NCBI GenBank assembly: GCA_964599225.1
Contig: CAZRDO010000001.1
Location: 15,153-79,152, forward strand
Length of the DNA: 64,000 bases
Origin: an uncultured Candidatus Saccharibacteria bacterium
GTDB lineage: Bacteria > Patescibacteriota > Minisyncoccia > Phycocordibacterales > UBA9973
Direction: 5' to 3'
This document shows positions 19,528 through 30,585 of the stretch, one piece after another (the stretch's first letter is position 1; the number at the start of each line of letters is the position of its first letter). The notes below the pieces were generated by a model. The model did no database searches, was not told where the DNA came from, and saw only the letters and a list, made by a program, of their open reading frames with translations. The translations under genes and the position numbers were made by a program.

Positions 19528-20070
19528 TCATGAAAGTATTGCGTAGATTGTCCTTAATTCACTTGTTGGCGTATTTAATGGTCTAAAGACCAGTTTAATA
19601 TCGTAGCCATCCGCAATTTTCAAACTTTTGATGCAAGGTACAAATTTAACACCGTTTTTATATATCACAGTTCCCCGGAATACAACTTCTGTGTTTTCTA
19701 ACCAGGTCGCAGGTATATATTGTGAGTATTGGGATAGAGCAATTGCCTCCTGCAACCCAAGGTTTTTATTTGGGTACCTGTTACTTTCTGTTTGAGTAAC
19801 TTTCTGGAGATCTAAATACCAGAAATCGTTCTCATTTTTGATTGTAATTATATCTGTGTCTGAAGTTTGCAGAAACTCTTTGATGATTTTGTTCCTGCAA
19901 GTTTGGTCACATTTAAGCATTTGTTGTGAAACCAGTAATGATTTTGCAGAGGACTCAGATTGGGTTTCCCTGCGTACCTTTTCGTGGCCGAATTGGATAC
20001 CAATAATTAATTCGGTACAAAGGAATCCTATGATTCCTAATACTAAAATTGCATTGGCTATTCTTTTCAT
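19528..20070 (-). CDS. Hypothetical membrane-anchored protein
   Basis: N-terminal hydrophobic helix, 180 aa, own TTGACT...TATCAT promoter upstream. Confidence 0.65.
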   Translation of the reverse strand: MKRIANAILVLGIIGFLCTELIIGIQFGHEKVRRETQSESSAKSLLVSQQMLKCDQTCRNKIIKEFLQTSDTDIITIKNENDFWYLDLQKVTQTESNRYPNKNLGLQEAIALSQYSQYIPATWLENTEVVFRGTVIYKNGVKFVPCIKSLKIADGYDIKLVFRPLNTPTSELRTIYAILS

Positions 20071-20220
20071 TTTTTCAATTGCGGAGCAAATTGCTCCCAG
20101 GTGCTTATATTCCGATCCTCACCGGTCTAGAGGTATGATACCATACATTAGTCACAAAGTCAATGAAATGATTGGAGGATCAAGAAGGTCTGTCAGCTTT
20201 AGTATTATCCATTTGAGGGA

Positions 20221-20270
20221 GTAAGCCTTTTATAGCCCGCTGTTCCTACATAGGGCTATAAAAGGCTTAC
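20221..20270. repeat. Perfect 18-bp inverted repeat
   Basis: GTAAGCCTTTTATAGCCC, 14-nt loop, GGGCTATAAAAGGCTTAC. Confidence 0.85.
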
Positions 20271-20280
20271 GAGCGGGTAC

Positions 20281-20309
20281 TTGACGGAACTTTTCCACAG
20301 TGATAGTAT
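20281..20309 (+). promoter_or_regulatory. sigma70 promoter with DnaA-box-like TTTTCCACA in the spacer
   Basis: TTGACG-17-TAGTAT. Confidence 0.55.
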
Positions 20310-20352
20310 AAAACTCAACATAATAAGTATTAGTTATTTAACTGTCAAACAA

Positions 20353-21381
20353 ATGCCAAAACTATCATTTAAGCCAAAACAGGTCACCAAAAAGATCCTC
20401 TCACCACTCTCACCCCGAGCGCATGAGGTTATTTTTTATCGTTATGGTCTTGGTGATGATGCTGAACGTCGTACGCTTGAATCAATTGGGCAGAAATACA
20501 ATATTACTCGTGAACGCGTTCGACAAATCGAAAATGCTGCTCTCGCGACACTCCGTAAATCTGATGTCTACAAAGAACACGAGTATGTTTTTACTGAACT
20601 CCATGATTACATGAAGGAACTCGGTTCAGTCATTGCTGAAGAAGATCTTCTCAACCACGCCTCACCTGACGAGAACACTCAAAACCATATTAATTTCTAT
20701 CTTGTTCTCGGTGATGCATTTACGAAGCACAAAGAAGATGAACATTTTCGTGCGCGCTGGTCAGTGGATAGTGATATTGCCGATGAAGTTCATGATGCAC
20801 TAAAGCGTATGTATACCAAACTCACTGATGATGAACTTGTGCCAGAGGGGAAGTTTATTGAAGATTTCTTGGGTGAACTTAAAAATGTTAATGGTGAACT
20901 TCTCAATGAAGAAATTGCACGTCGCTGGCTCAATATCTCCAAGCGCATGGGTAAGAACCCATTTAATGAATGGGGCCAGTCAGATTCATCTAATGTCAAA
21001 GTTCGTGGCGTACGCGACTATGCTTACCTCGTCATGCGTAAACATGGTTCACCACTTCACTTCCGTGAAATTGCTGATTCTATTACCAAACTTTTCAATC
21101 GCAAAACTCACGTAGCAACAACTCACAATGAAGTGATTAAAGATAAGCGCTTTGTACTTGTTGGCCGTGGTACATACGGCCTTGCTGACTGGGGTTACCG
21201 AAAAGGTGTGGTGCGAGATGTTATCAAATCAATCCTCAAAGAATCAGGACCACTTTCCAAAGACGATATTGTTGACCGTGTCTTGAAAGAGCGTTTTCTC
21301 AAACGAAATACCATTCTCGTGAACCTCCAGAATCCAAAATATTTCAAGAAAATGAAGAACGGACTTTACACAATCGCATAA
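20353..21381 (+). CDS. Sigma70 region-4 HTH plus C-terminal winged-helix (HARE-HTH/RNAP-delta-like) protein
   Basis: RYGL..RRTLESIGQKYNITRERVRQIE at the N-terminus; PLHFREI..RFVLVGRGTYGL..W at the C-terminus; no region 2. Confidence 0.8.
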   Translation: MPKLSFKPKQVTKKILSPLSPRAHEVIFYRYGLGDDAERRTLESIGQKYNITRERVRQIENAALATLRKSDVYKEHEYVFTELHDYMKELGSVIAEEDLLNHASPDENTQNHINFYLVLGDAFTKHKEDEHFRARWSVDSDIADEVHDALKRMYTKLTDDELVPEGKFIEDFLGELKNVNGELLNEEIARRWLNISKRMGKNPFNEWGQSDSSNVKVRGVRDYAYLVMRKHGSPLHFREIADSITKLFNRKTHVATTHNEVIKDKRFVLVGRGTYGLADWGYRKGVVRDVIKSILKESGPLSKDDIVDRVLKERFLKRNTILVNLQNPKYFKKMKNGLYTIA

Positions 21382-21386
21382 TGTAC

Positions 21387-21418
21387 ATGTAAAAGTCGCC
21401 CTCTGGCGATTTTTACAT
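21387..21418 (+). terminator. Rho-independent terminator
   Basis: ATGTAAAAGTCGCC-ctct-GGCGATTTTTACAT. Confidence 0.7.
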
Positions 21419-21458
21419 TTCTCGGCGTTCTGAAATTCGAACATGGTATACTAGACTC

Positions 21459-21932
21459 GTGCATAAGATTGGATTTTGGGACATCGTACTTATAATAGCT
21501 GGCTTTATCTTTATAGTATTTCTCCTTGGCTATGGAGTCTTTTCGAAGAGTGTAGAAGAAACAAAGGCAACTCTTCCGGAGAACCCACTGCCTGCGGTCA
21601 TCCAAAAAATCGGCAAGGCTGGCTCTCCATGCATTGCACTTACAAGTCCAGATATAGAAAAATCAATCCATTTTCCTGTCACAGTAGTAGGTACAGTAAA
21701 TGGCTGTGGTTGGAAAGAAGGGAATGGAAGTATCGGTACTATGGTAATTCTTGATGCCAATGGCCAGGCTATCTCAAACATATACACCATGGATGTACTT
21801 ACGAAAGAAGCGACTACCTATACTTTTTCCAAGAAAATCTATCTCAATCATACGCCCACGACGCATGAGGGCTCTATTCTTTTTCGGACACTCGATAAAA
21901 AAAGCGCCTACACAATGGCCATTACTTTCTAA
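21459..21932 (+). CDS. Membrane-anchored Ig-like (Gmad2-like) domain protein
   Basis: N-terminal TM; P...I.FPVTVVG.V....W...G......ILDANG pattern. Confidence 0.6.
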   Translation: MHKIGFWDIVLIIAGFIFIVFLLGYGVFSKSVEETKATLPENPLPAVIQKIGKAGSPCIALTSPDIEKSIHFPVTVVGTVNGCGWKEGNGSIGTMVILDANGQAISNIYTMDVLTKEATTYTFSKKIYLNHTPTTHEGSILFRTLDKKSAYTMAITF

Positions 21933-21973
21933 ATTTATCGACGAATTGGACTAATCACGTTATACTTTAAATT

Positions 21974-23281
21974 ATGATTTTTGGAGATCTCCTCACTATT
22001 GGTTCACGCGAAGCACTCTACTATGTGTGGCATTATATTCCGTATGCGATTGTACCTATTCTTGGATTAGTTTCTTGGCATATGTGGCTTAATTACATTC
22101 GCCATGCCTATCTTGCCTCGCTTAATTTTAAGCTTCTTGAAGTCAGAATTCCCCAAGAAATTTGGAAATCACCGCAAGCGATGGAATTTATTCTGATGAA
22201 CGCCCTCTATCAAACAGGTGGTGTCTCAACTTGGAAGGCAAAGTATTGGGATGGCAAAGTCTTACTCTGGTTTTCGCTTGAGATTACTTCGATCGAGGGT
22301 GATATCCATTTTTATATTCGTTGTCCCGCACAGTATAAATCTCTTGTAGAATCACAAGTATATTCTCAGTATCCTGATGTCGAAATTGCCGAAGTGCCAG
22401 ATTACACAGAAGCCGTTCCACCTTTTACGAAAGATAATGGTTGGGAGATGTTTGGTTGGCAGTACAAACTTGCAAAGCCCGATCCATTTCCAATCAAAAC
22501 CTATATCGACTACGGTATGGACAAGCAATTCTCACTAGAAGAAGAACAGAAAATTGATCCACTGACTCCGCTGTTAGAATATTTTGGTTCAATTGGTAAA
22601 GGTGAACAGCTTTGGATGCAGATTATTACTCGTGGAGTGCCTGCGAAAGGTACCTCAGCGTTTTCATTTGGTCGCTACCCATCAAAAGATCATTACTTCC
22701 AAAAGGATTCACTTCAGGAACTTGGTGCCCAACAGAGAGCTGAATATATAAAAAAGGAAATTAAGGCACTTGTTGATTCAGGTCTTGTGACGGCCGATAA
22801 AGCCAAAGATAACCCAATTGCGCTTCTCACTGATGAGAAAAAGGATGTACTTAAATCAATGGAGCGAAATATGCAGAAGTTTTCATTTGACTGTGGTATG
22901 AGAATTCTCTACATAGCACACAAGGATAAATACTCTGGTATGCAGGTACCAAACCTCTCGGTACTCTTTAGACCATTTAGTTCGCCATTTTCAAATACTA
23001 TTGTTCCATCAGGTGCCAAAAGTGCTGTGGCGTTTGACCATCCCTGGCAAGATTTTTCAGGTAACCGCTTTTTACGTAAGAAAATTGACTTCTTTAAAGC
23101 CTACAAGCTTCGCCAATACTACTATCCACCTTTTTTTGATACGACACATCAAGATCCTTTCGTACTCTCAACTGAAGAACTCGCGACACTCTACCACTTC
23201 CCAGGACGTGTTTCAGAAACTCCGTCATTTAAGCGCATTGATTCCAAAAAAGCTGAGGCTCCGACAGACCTTCCGATTTAA
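21974..23281 (+). CDS. Conserved CPR membrane protein resembling the region N-terminal to VirD4/TraG-like ATPases
   Basis: LLEVRIP..KSPQAME, FSLEI, SQYPDVEI, PIKTY, LSTEELATLYHFP motifs; no P-loop. Confidence 0.6.
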   Translation: MIFGDLLTIGSREALYYVWHYIPYAIVPILGLVSWHMWLNYIRHAYLASLNFKLLEVRIPQEIWKSPQAMEFILMNALYQTGGVSTWKAKYWDGKVLLWFSLEITSIEGDIHFYIRCPAQYKSLVESQVYSQYPDVEIAEVPDYTEAVPPFTKDNGWEMFGWQYKLAKPDPFPIKTYIDYGMDKQFSLEEEQKIDPLTPLLEYFGSIGKGEQLWMQIITRGVPAKGTSAFSFGRYPSKDHYFQKDSLQELGAQQRAEYIKKEIKALVDSGLVTADKAKDNPIALLTDEKKDVLKSMERNMQKFSFDCGMRILYIAHKDKYSGMQVPNLSVLFRPFSSPFSNTIVPSGAKSAVAFDHPWQDFSGNRFLRKKIDFFKAYKLRQYYYPPFFDTTHQDPFVLSTEELATLYHFPGRVSETPSFKRIDSKKAEAPTDLPI

Positions 23282-23284
23282 TTC

Positions 23285-24277
23285 ATGGATACTTATTACA
23301 ACGAACCTATAAGTGAATACAAAGTGGCTCACACGAAAAAAGTGAGGAAAACTGCGGTGCTCCTTGTAAGCATTGTGATATTTCTTTTGCTTATTGCGAC
23401 TGTTGCACCAGGGGCTTCTCTTGCCTCACCAATCTATATAACCATTAATAAAGGTGAGACTCTCAAGGAGCTTGCACAAGATTTACATGAAGCTCACCTT
23501 ATTCGTTCAAAATTACTTTTCACGTCACTGGTAGTACTTCTGGGAAAAGAGAAGACTATCATTCCAGGGGATTACTATTTTAAAACTACTGGAGGGACAT
23601 TGGATGTAGCCGAGAGGATTAGTAGTGGGGATTTTGGTATTGAACAAGTAAAAGTGACATTTCCAGAGGGGATTACTCGGCTTGAAATGACAAGAGTTTT
23701 GGAAGATAAATATCCAAATTTTGATTCAGTGCAGTTTATGGACGACACTAAAGGATTAGAAGGATACTTGTTCCCAAGCACGTACTTCTTTAGCCCCATT
23801 GCAAGTGAGGCTGATATTAGAGATCGTATGCACCAAGAATTTGAACATCAAACAGAGTCTCTCAAAGTAAAAAGTATAGAGACTACACATAGTTGGGCTG
23901 ACTATGTGACGATGGCTTCAATTGTTGAAGCTGAGGCAGGTGAGAGTGATGATCGGGCAATTATTGCGGGGATCTTGTGGAAGCGAATCAAGCAAGGGAT
24001 GCATTTGCAAGTTGATGCGCCGTTTGGGTACATCCTACACAAGACGAGTGCCGAACTCACCATTAAAGATCTTGAAACTGACACCCCATACAATACGTAT
24101 ACAAACGCAGGTTTACCACCAACTCCCATCGGTAATCCCGGCCTTGCTTCACTAGAAGCTGTCCTCTCGCCAAAAGATTCGCCTTATTACTTTTATCTGC
24201 ATGACAAGACTGGCATAATTCACTATGCCAAGACATTTACTGAGCATAAGGCTAATATCGACAAATACTTACGCTAG
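23285..24277 (+). CDS. mltG: Endolytic transglycosylase MltG
   Basis: VTFPEG, LEGYLFPSTY, ASIVEAE, LQVDA, PYNTY..GLPPTPIGNPG. Confidence 0.95.
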   Translation: MDTYYNEPISEYKVAHTKKVRKTAVLLVSIVIFLLLIATVAPGASLASPIYITINKGETLKELAQDLHEAHLIRSKLLFTSLVVLLGKEKTIIPGDYYFKTTGGTLDVAERISSGDFGIEQVKVTFPEGITRLEMTRVLEDKYPNFDSVQFMDDTKGLEGYLFPSTYFFSPIASEADIRDRMHQEFEHQTESLKVKSIETTHSWADYVTMASIVEAEAGESDDRAIIAGILWKRIKQGMHLQVDAPFGYILHKTSAELTIKDLETDTPYNTYTNAGLPPTPIGNPGLASLEAVLSPKDSPYYFYLHDKTGIIHYAKTFTEHKANIDKYLR

Positions 24278-24333
24278 TCTTATAGTATAAAACGTCTATT
24301 AACTATTTTCTACTTATCTATTTACTAATTCGT

Positions 24334-24885
24334 ATGTTTAAACAAAACCTAGCATTCATAGACATCGAAACAACTGGTCTCAATTTACTTGTGCATGAGA
24401 TTATTCAAATTGGTGTAGTAGTAGTTGGGCAAAGTGTTGATCCGGTCAAGGGTCAGCTCTTTGAAGTGATTGAAGAATTTGAACTAAAAATTAAACCCGA
24501 ACGAATTGAGCAAGCAGAACGCGGTGCACTTCGGGTGAATGGCTACTCGGCAGAAGATTGGGCACTCGCGTACTCACTCCCAGAAGCTCTGAAAATATTT
24601 AGTAAAAAAACTGAAGGGGCAGTTATGGTTGCACACAACATAAGCTTCGACTGGTCATTTATTGCTAAAGCCTTTGCTGAGACCGGCGTCGAGAATAAAA
24701 TGCATTTCCATAAACTCGATACTATCTCAATTGCGTATGCCAAAGCCAAGAAGCGCGAAGATATTGAAAAATTTTCACTCTATTCACTCTGCCAACTCTT
24801 TGGTGTTGAGAACAAAAATGCCCATACCGCACTATCTGACTCCCGTGCCACATTTGAGCTCTATAAAAAACTTATTGCCTTGTAA
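24334..24885 (+). CDS. DEDDh 3'-5' exonuclease (DnaQ-like)
   Basis: FIDIETTGL, VAHNISFD, HTALSD. Confidence 0.9.
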   Translation: MFKQNLAFIDIETTGLNLLVHEIIQIGVVVVGQSVDPVKGQLFEVIEEFELKIKPERIEQAERGALRVNGYSAEDWALAYSLPEALKIFSKKTEGAVMVAHNISFDWSFIAKAFAETGVENKMHFHKLDTISIAYAKAKKREDIEKFSLYSLCQLFGVENKNAHTALSDSRATFELYKKLIAL

Positions 24886-24963
24886 GATCGGCTAGTACTA
24901 GCATAGGGTTTATTGAGGATACTTGCTGTAAGAGGAATTTTCTAGTAGTTTCAGTGTACCTCT

Positions 24964-26061
24964 ATGATAAAGATGAAAGGAAAAAAAGTATTCGTTGGAG
25001 TATCTGGCGGAGTTGATTCAGCAGTCACACTTGCGCTTCTTCGAGATGAGGGTTATGAAGTAGTAGGGGTGTATATGAAAACATGGCAGCCTGATTTTAT
25101 TGTCTGCACATGGCCCGAAGAGCGACGTGATGCAATTCGGGTTTGTGCACACCTCGGGATTCCATTTATGGATTTTGATGCGGAAACTATCTACAAAGAG
25201 AAGGTTGCAGACTATATGATTAAAGAGTATCAAAAAGGTAGAACTCCAAATCCTGATGTAATGTGTAATCGGGAAATAAAATTCGGTGTCTTTTGGGATT
25301 TCGCCAAAGCACATGGTGCAGACTATATTGCGACAGGACACTACGCACAAAATCAATTAAAAAATGGTAATTATCAATTATATAAAGGTAAAGATCCAGC
25401 CAAAGATCAATCCTATTTCCTTTGGACACTAACACAGAGTGATTTGGTACACGTGCTTTTTCCGGTAGCGAAAATGGAGAAAGCCGATGTGAGGAAACTC
25501 GCAAAGAAGTATGATCTTCCGAACGCAGAGAAGAAAGATAGTCAGGGAATTTGTTTCTTAGGTGAGGTAGATATGAAAGAGTTTCTCTCGCACTACATAC
25601 AAACAGAGCAAGGGAAAGTACTAAATGAAGATGGGGAGGAAATTGGCTACCACGATGGTGCACTCTTTTATACGCTTGGCGAGCGTCATGGATTTACTAT
25701 AACTAAAAAATCCGCTACTGATTCTAAGCTTTTTGTTATTGCAAAAGATATAGAAAAAAATACTATCACGGTAGCCGAGAAGAAAAGTAATATTCAAATG
25801 GATCATTCCAACATTCTGACGGATGCTAGAATGATTACACAAGTAAATTGGATTTCAATTAAACCAATAGAAAATAAAAGATATACCGCTCAAGTTCGTT
25901 ATCATGGTGAGGAACTTGCATGTCGTATTGAATATGAAAATACAAGTAGAATTGAGGACGAAGTTAAAATTATTTTTGAAAAACCAGTCTTAGTTTCAGC
26001 TGGTCAATCGATAGTCCTTTATGACGGAGGAATGTGTCTCGGTGGTGGCGTTTGTGAGTAA
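24964..26061 (+). CDS. mnmA: tRNA-specific 2-thiouridylase MnmA
   Basis: SGGVDS, TPNPDVMCNREIKF, IATGHYA, KDQSYFL, DSQGICF. Confidence 0.97.
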   Translation: MIKMKGKKVFVGVSGGVDSAVTLALLRDEGYEVVGVYMKTWQPDFIVCTWPEERRDAIRVCAHLGIPFMDFDAETIYKEKVADYMIKEYQKGRTPNPDVMCNREIKFGVFWDFAKAHGADYIATGHYAQNQLKNGNYQLYKGKDPAKDQSYFLWTLTQSDLVHVLFPVAKMEKADVRKLAKKYDLPNAEKKDSQGICFLGEVDMKEFLSHYIQTEQGKVLNEDGEEIGYHDGALFYTLGERHGFTITKKSATDSKLFVIAKDIEKNTITVAEKKSNIQMDHSNILTDARMITQVNWISIKPIENKRYTAQVRYHGEELACRIEYENTSRIEDEVKIIFEKPVLVSAGQSIVLYDGGMCLGGGVCE

Positions 26062-26101
26062 TGATTTTCCAAATAGCTCTGACTTGCTATACTCTATACA
26101 T

Positions 26102-26590
26102 ATGGAACAACAATTTTTCTCGCTCTACGGAGATATAATTATTAAACTTTTTCTCGCGATGGGACTTGGTATGGTGATTGGTATTGAGCGTGTATTTGCA
26201 CACAAGACTGTTGGGATGCGTACCTACGCACTTGTCTCAATGGGTTCAGCACTCTTTATAATCATTTCAGAACTCGTTGGTGAACAATATGCAGGACTTG
26301 CTGGATTTAATCCTACATTTATCGCTGGACAAATTATTACCGGTATTGGATTTCTCGGCACTGGCTTAATTATTCTTCGCCATACACATTTAACCGGAAT
26401 TACGACTGCGACAAGTATTTGGGTCGCAGCTGGTATTGGTATGGCGGTAGGGTTTGGCTTCTATCCGCTTGCACTTATCGTAACAATACTTACGCTCTTT
26501 ATTTTCTTAGTCCTTTGGCTCGTTGAGCATAGGCTTCGAGAATTTACAGATACTAATGAGGAAGATAAAAATGAAGAAACAAACGGATAG
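26102..26590 (+). CDS. mgtC: MgtC/SapB family membrane protein
   Basis: IGIER....[32 protein letters not shown]. Confidence 0.9.
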   Translation: MEQQFFSLYGDIIIKLFLAMGLGMVIGIERVFAHKTVGMRTYALVSMGSALFIIISELVGEQYAGLAGFNPTFIAGQIITGIGFLGTGLIILRHTHLTGITTATSIWVAAGIGMAVGFGFYPLALIVTILTLFIFLVLWLVEHRLREFTDTNEEDKNEETNG

Positions 26591-28397
26591 TCCAGAAACA
26601 TTTCTAATACATCTAAACAAAACGAATGTAGAACTTCACAAAAGATATGAAGATCTTTTCTGGCTCTCATACATGGGAGATCACAGTGTAGATGAAAATA
26701 TGCAGACCGCACTCAAAGCACGGGACAAATTCCGTTCAGATAAGGCGCTTGCAGAGGAAGTTGATAGGTTTTTGAAACTGAAAAACATAAACCAATCTCA
26801 CAAGGAGCGACTTAGTTACTGGAAGCTTTTCTTTAGCCGTTTTCAAATACCAGATGAGGCGAAGAAATTGAAAGAAAGAATAGATTTACTTGAAGCTAAA
26901 ATTCATAAAATCCGTGCAACAAGAAAAGAAGGCTACCGTGATCATGAGTCTGGTAAATTTGTCGCAGCTTCTGAGAATAAAATGCGGATGATAACTGTTA
27001 CTCACAAAGATGAGGAGGTCCGGAAGGCATCATTTATGGCGCGCGAAGGACTCGCTGTAACGCATATTAAAGAGTATCTAGAACTTATTAAACTACGCAA
27101 TACATTCGCTCGAACACTTGGGTTTTCTGATTTCTATAGTTATAAACTCAAAACTGAAGAGGGAATGACCAAGAGAGAACTCTTCTCCATTTTTGACAAA
27201 ATTTATGCAAAAACAAAGTTTGCATTTCTAAATATTAAGAAACTTGAGAAAACCATGCCTGGACTTCTTAAACCATGGAATTTTTGGTACATGATGAGCG
27301 GTGATTTTACCAAAGAAGAAGATCCATATTTCCAATTTGGTGACGCGCTCATTCGCTGGGGTAGATCGTTTGATGCGCTTGGAGTAGATTTCAAAGGTTC
27401 TCGTATTACACTCGATCTTTTGGATCGCAAAGGTAAATATAGCAACGGATTCTGCCACTGGCCGGATATTATTTACAAAGTAGATAATAAGCGGTTTACA
27501 GGTTCCTCTAATTTCACTTGCAACGTTGTTTATGGACAAGTTGGCTCAGGGTATCAAGGAATGCATACGCTCTTCCATGAGGGAGGGCATGCTGCACACC
27601 TACTTAATTCAGAGATTTCAGAATCTTGCATTAATACAGAATACCCACCTGCTTCTACTTCCTGGGCTGAGTCGCAAAGTATGTTTATGGATTCAATGTT
27701 TGGAAGCAATGAATGGAGAGATCGTTATGCAAAAAATAAAGAAGGTAAATCATATCCTTTTGAACTTTTTGAGCGAAAACTTGAGAAAATTTACCCACTC
27801 ATGCCACTGTCTCTTATGAGTATCATGGCAGTTGCGTATTTTGAGAGAGCACTTTACAGCTCAAAAAATCTCACAGTTGAAAAAATTAAAACTCTGGCAA
27901 AGAAAGTAAATCATATCTATGCACCACGCGATGAGGATTCACTCTCGCTGTTGAACGTACCTCATATATATACTTGGGAAAATGCTTGCTCATACCATGC
28001 CTATGGTTTGGCAGAACTCGCGGTGGCTCAGCGAAGAGAATACTTTTATAAAAAATATGGCTATATAGTTGATAATCCAAAAGTTGGCAAAGAACTTCAA
28101 AAAGCCTGGGAACTTGGCTCAGCGAGAACCTTTCCTGAATTTGTACAAATGACTACAGGTAAACCGCTTAGTGCTAATGCATTTATAAGTAGTGTCACTC
28201 GCTCGAAAACGAAGATATTTGAAATAGCGAAAAAGAGGATCCTTCGTCAGAGGAAAGTTCCCTTAAGCAAGAAAAACATTGAGATCAATGCTAGTATCCG
28301 GCTTGTACATGGCAAAGAGTTAATTGCTGACAATCAAAAAGGATTTGAGTCTATGGCGAAGATATATAAAAAGTGGCTTGAAACCCAAAAATCTTGA
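26571..28397 (+). CDS. M3-family oligopeptidase
   Basis: [24 protein letters not shown] zinc motif, AESQSMF. Confidence 0.85.
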   Translation: MKKQTDSPETFLIHLNKTNVELHKRYEDLFWLSYMGDHSVDENMQTALKARDKFRSDKALAEEVDRFLKLKNINQSHKERLSYWKLFFSRFQIPDEAKKLKERIDLLEAKIHKIRATRKEGYRDHESGKFVAASENKMRMITVTHKDEEVRKASFMAREGLAVTHIKEYLELIKLRNTFARTLGFSDFYSYKLKTEEGMTKRELFSIFDKIYAKTKFAFLNIKKLEKTMPGLLKPWNFWYMMSGDFTKEEDPYFQFGDALIRWGRSFDALGVDFKGSRITLDLLDRKGKYSNGFCHWPDIIYKVDNKRFTGSSNFTCNVVYGQVGSGYQGMHTLFHEGGHAAHLLNSEISESCINTEYPPASTSWAESQSMFMDSMFGSNEWRDRYAKNKEGKSYPFELFERKLEKIYPLMPLSLMSIMAVAYFERALYSSKNLTVEKIKTLAKKVNHIYAPRDEDSLSLLNVPHIYTWENACSYHAYGLAELAVAQRREYFYKKYGYIVDNPKVGKELQKAWELGSARTFPEFVQMTTGKPLSANAFISSVTRSKTKIFEIAKKRILRQRKVPLSKKNIEINASIRLVHGKELIADNQKGFESMAKIYKKWLETQKS

Positions 28398-28490
28398 GAA
28401 GTTTGTAAAAAACTTGTGAGAACAGTACAGGCCGTTTCTATTTGACAAATATTTACTTCTTTGCATAATTGTAGTTAGAAAACTAACTCT

Positions 28491-28721
28491 ATGAAACCCC
28501 TACATTTCTTAGTCTCTTTCTGCTATATTTTTTTGTTGGCGATAATTATAATTTTGTTCGTGCATCTTATAAAAAGTGTTAAAAGGGAGACAATACTAAG
28601 TGAACAAGTTAAAAGGTATCAGGATAGGATCGAAATGCAGACCATGAACTCTGACACTATTACAACAAGGAAGAGTATAAAAATTATAGGACCAGACCTC
28701 AATTCTGGAAGACACTTCTGA
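28491..28721 (+). CDS. Small membrane protein
   Basis: N-terminal TM; TTGACA at 28442 upstream. Confidence 0.55.
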   Translation: MKPLHFLVSFCYIFLLAIIIILFVHLIKSVKRETILSEQVKRYQDRIEMQTMNSDTITTRKSIKIIGPDLNSGRHF

Positions 28722-28793
28722 AATATACAATTCACGGATACTAAATAATTTGTATCCGTTTTTTATTTGCCCGATATATGGTAGTTTACATAT

Positions 28794-30557
28794 ATGCAAT
28801 CTGAAGAAATCCGAAAGCGATTCCTCACATTTTTCGAGAAACGTGGCCATGCAATCTTGCCTTCGGCCTCACTTGTACCTGAGAATGATCCATCAGTACT
28901 TTTTAATACTGCTGGGATGCAGCCACTCGTACCATATCTGCTTGGTCAGAAGCATCCGTCAGGAAATCGACTGGTGAATATCCAAAAATGTGTTCGCACA
29001 GGTGACCTTGATGATATCGGCGACAATCGCCACTTCTCATTCTTTGAAATGATGGGCAATTGGTCGTTAGGTGCATATTTTAAAGAAGAGGCTATTGAGT
29101 ATAGTTTTAAATTTTTAACTATTGGAGATAATGAAGATGAAGGCAACAAGGGTCTTGGACTTAATCTATCCCAACTTTATGTTACGGTATTTGAAGGTGA
29201 CGAGAATGCTCCGTTTGATGAAGAGTCAAAGAAGGTTTGGATGAAGTTCGGAATTCCTGAAAATCGCATTTATGCGTTACCTGCTGATGACAACTGGTGG
29301 AGCCCAGGAGACAACGGCCCATGTGGTCCATGTACCGAAATGTTTTACGATGTGACTGGTAGGATTGGAGATCTGTCGCATGAGCAATTTATTGAAGCGG
29401 TCAAAAAAGAAGATGTAATCGAAATATGGAATGACGTTTTCATGGAATATGAAAAAAAAGATGGAAAGGTTATCGGTAAACTTTCACAACGCAATGTTGA
29501 TACCGGTGCTGGTCTTGAGCGAATCACAGCTGTCATGCAGGGCAAGAAGACTGCATATGATACAGATTTGTTCGGGGGGATAATCACAAATCTTAGAAGT
29601 GCTGCAATAAATAAAGATGAGAGAGCAATTAGAGTAGTAGCAGATCACATAAGAACAGCTATTTTCATTATTAATGATGGAGTTCTGCCCTCCAACAACG
29701 GTAAAGGCTACGTATTACGAAGATTAATTCGTCGTGCAGTTAGATTTGTGGATTATCTTGGTCTTAAATATGGAACCATTGATTTCTTGGTTGATGATTT
29801 TATTCAAAAATATAAAGATGCATATCCTGACTTAGTAGTTAATCTCGAACACATCAAAAGAGAACTAGATAAAGAAGAAATCAAATTTCATCAAACACTG
29901 GAAACTGGCCTAAAAGAATTCGAGAAAGGCACTGATCCATTTGTCCTGTTTACCACCTATGGTTTCCCAATTGAACTGACGCTCGAGCTTGCCACAGAAA
30001 AGGGACAGATAATTGATCTCGATGATTTCAATATAAAAATGGTAGAGCATCAAAAGCTTTCCCAAACTGCTTCAGCTGGTATGTTCAAAGGTGGACTCGC
30101 CAATCATAATGAGCAAACAATTAAGCTCCACACTGCCCACCATTTATTACTTGCTGCACTACAACAAGTCTTGGGCAAAGAAGTTAAGCAGCGGGGAAGT
30201 AATATTACCGAAGAGCGATTGCGAATAGATTTTGTATTTGATCGGAAGATGACTGATGAAGAGAAGATCAAAGTTGAAAATAGTGTAAATGAGTGGATTA
30301 CACAAGACCTTGAAGTAGTACGTAAGGAAATGCCACGCGAGGAAGCTAAAAAGATCGGAGCAGAAATGGAATTTGGTGCCAAGTATCCTGATATGGTTTC
30401 TGTATATATGATTGTCGATAAAGATGGTAATCCGATATCCAAAGAATTTTGTGGTGGCCCACATGTCTCACGTACGAGTGAACTTGGAATTTTTAAAATC
30501 CAGAAAGAAGAAGCTTCATCACAAGGTGTACGAAGAATCAAAGCAATTCTTTCTTAG
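28794..30557 (+). CDS. alaS: Alanine--tRNA ligase (short form, no C-Ala domain)
   Basis: LFNTAGMQP, FFEMMGNWS, GPCGPCTE, DTGAGLER, HTAHH and EFCGGPHV editing motifs. Confidence 0.96.
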   Translation: MQSEEIRKRFLTFFEKRGHAILPSASLVPENDPSVLFNTAGMQPLVPYLLGQKHPSGNRLVNIQKCVRTGDLDDIGDNRHFSFFEMMGNWSLGAYFKEEAIEYSFKFLTIGDNEDEGNKGLGLNLSQLYVTVFEGDENAPFDEESKKVWMKFGIPENRIYALPADDNWWSPGDNGPCGPCTEMFYDVTGRIGDLSHEQFIEAVKKEDVIEIWNDVFMEYEKKDGKVIGKLSQRNVDTGAGLERITAVMQGKKTAYDTDLFGGIITNLRSAAINKDERAIRVVADHIRTAIFIINDGVLPSNNGKGYVLRRLIRRAVRFVDYLGLKYGTIDFLVDDFIQKYKDAYPDLVVNLEHIKRELDKEEIKFHQTLETGLKEFEKGTDPFVLFTTYGFPIELTLELATEKGQIIDLDDFNIKMVEHQKLSQTASAGMFKGGLANHNEQTIKLHTAHHLLLAALQQVLGKEVKQRGSNITEERLRIDFVFDRKMTDEEKIKVENSVNEWITQDLEVVRKEMPREEAKKIGAEMEFGAKYPDMVSVYMIVDKDGNPISKEFCGGPHVSRTSELGIFKIQKEEASSQGVRRIKAILS

Positions 30558-30585
30558 AATCATTTGCTTGGTATATAATAAGACC

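Noticed and set aside
30412-30585. N-terminal extensions in the ORF track (30412, 26021, 26523, 20281, 41396, 49736, 44381, 50595, 62555)
   Set aside because: They overlap upstream genes or promoters; downstream ATGs fit the -10 spacing or gene junctions better
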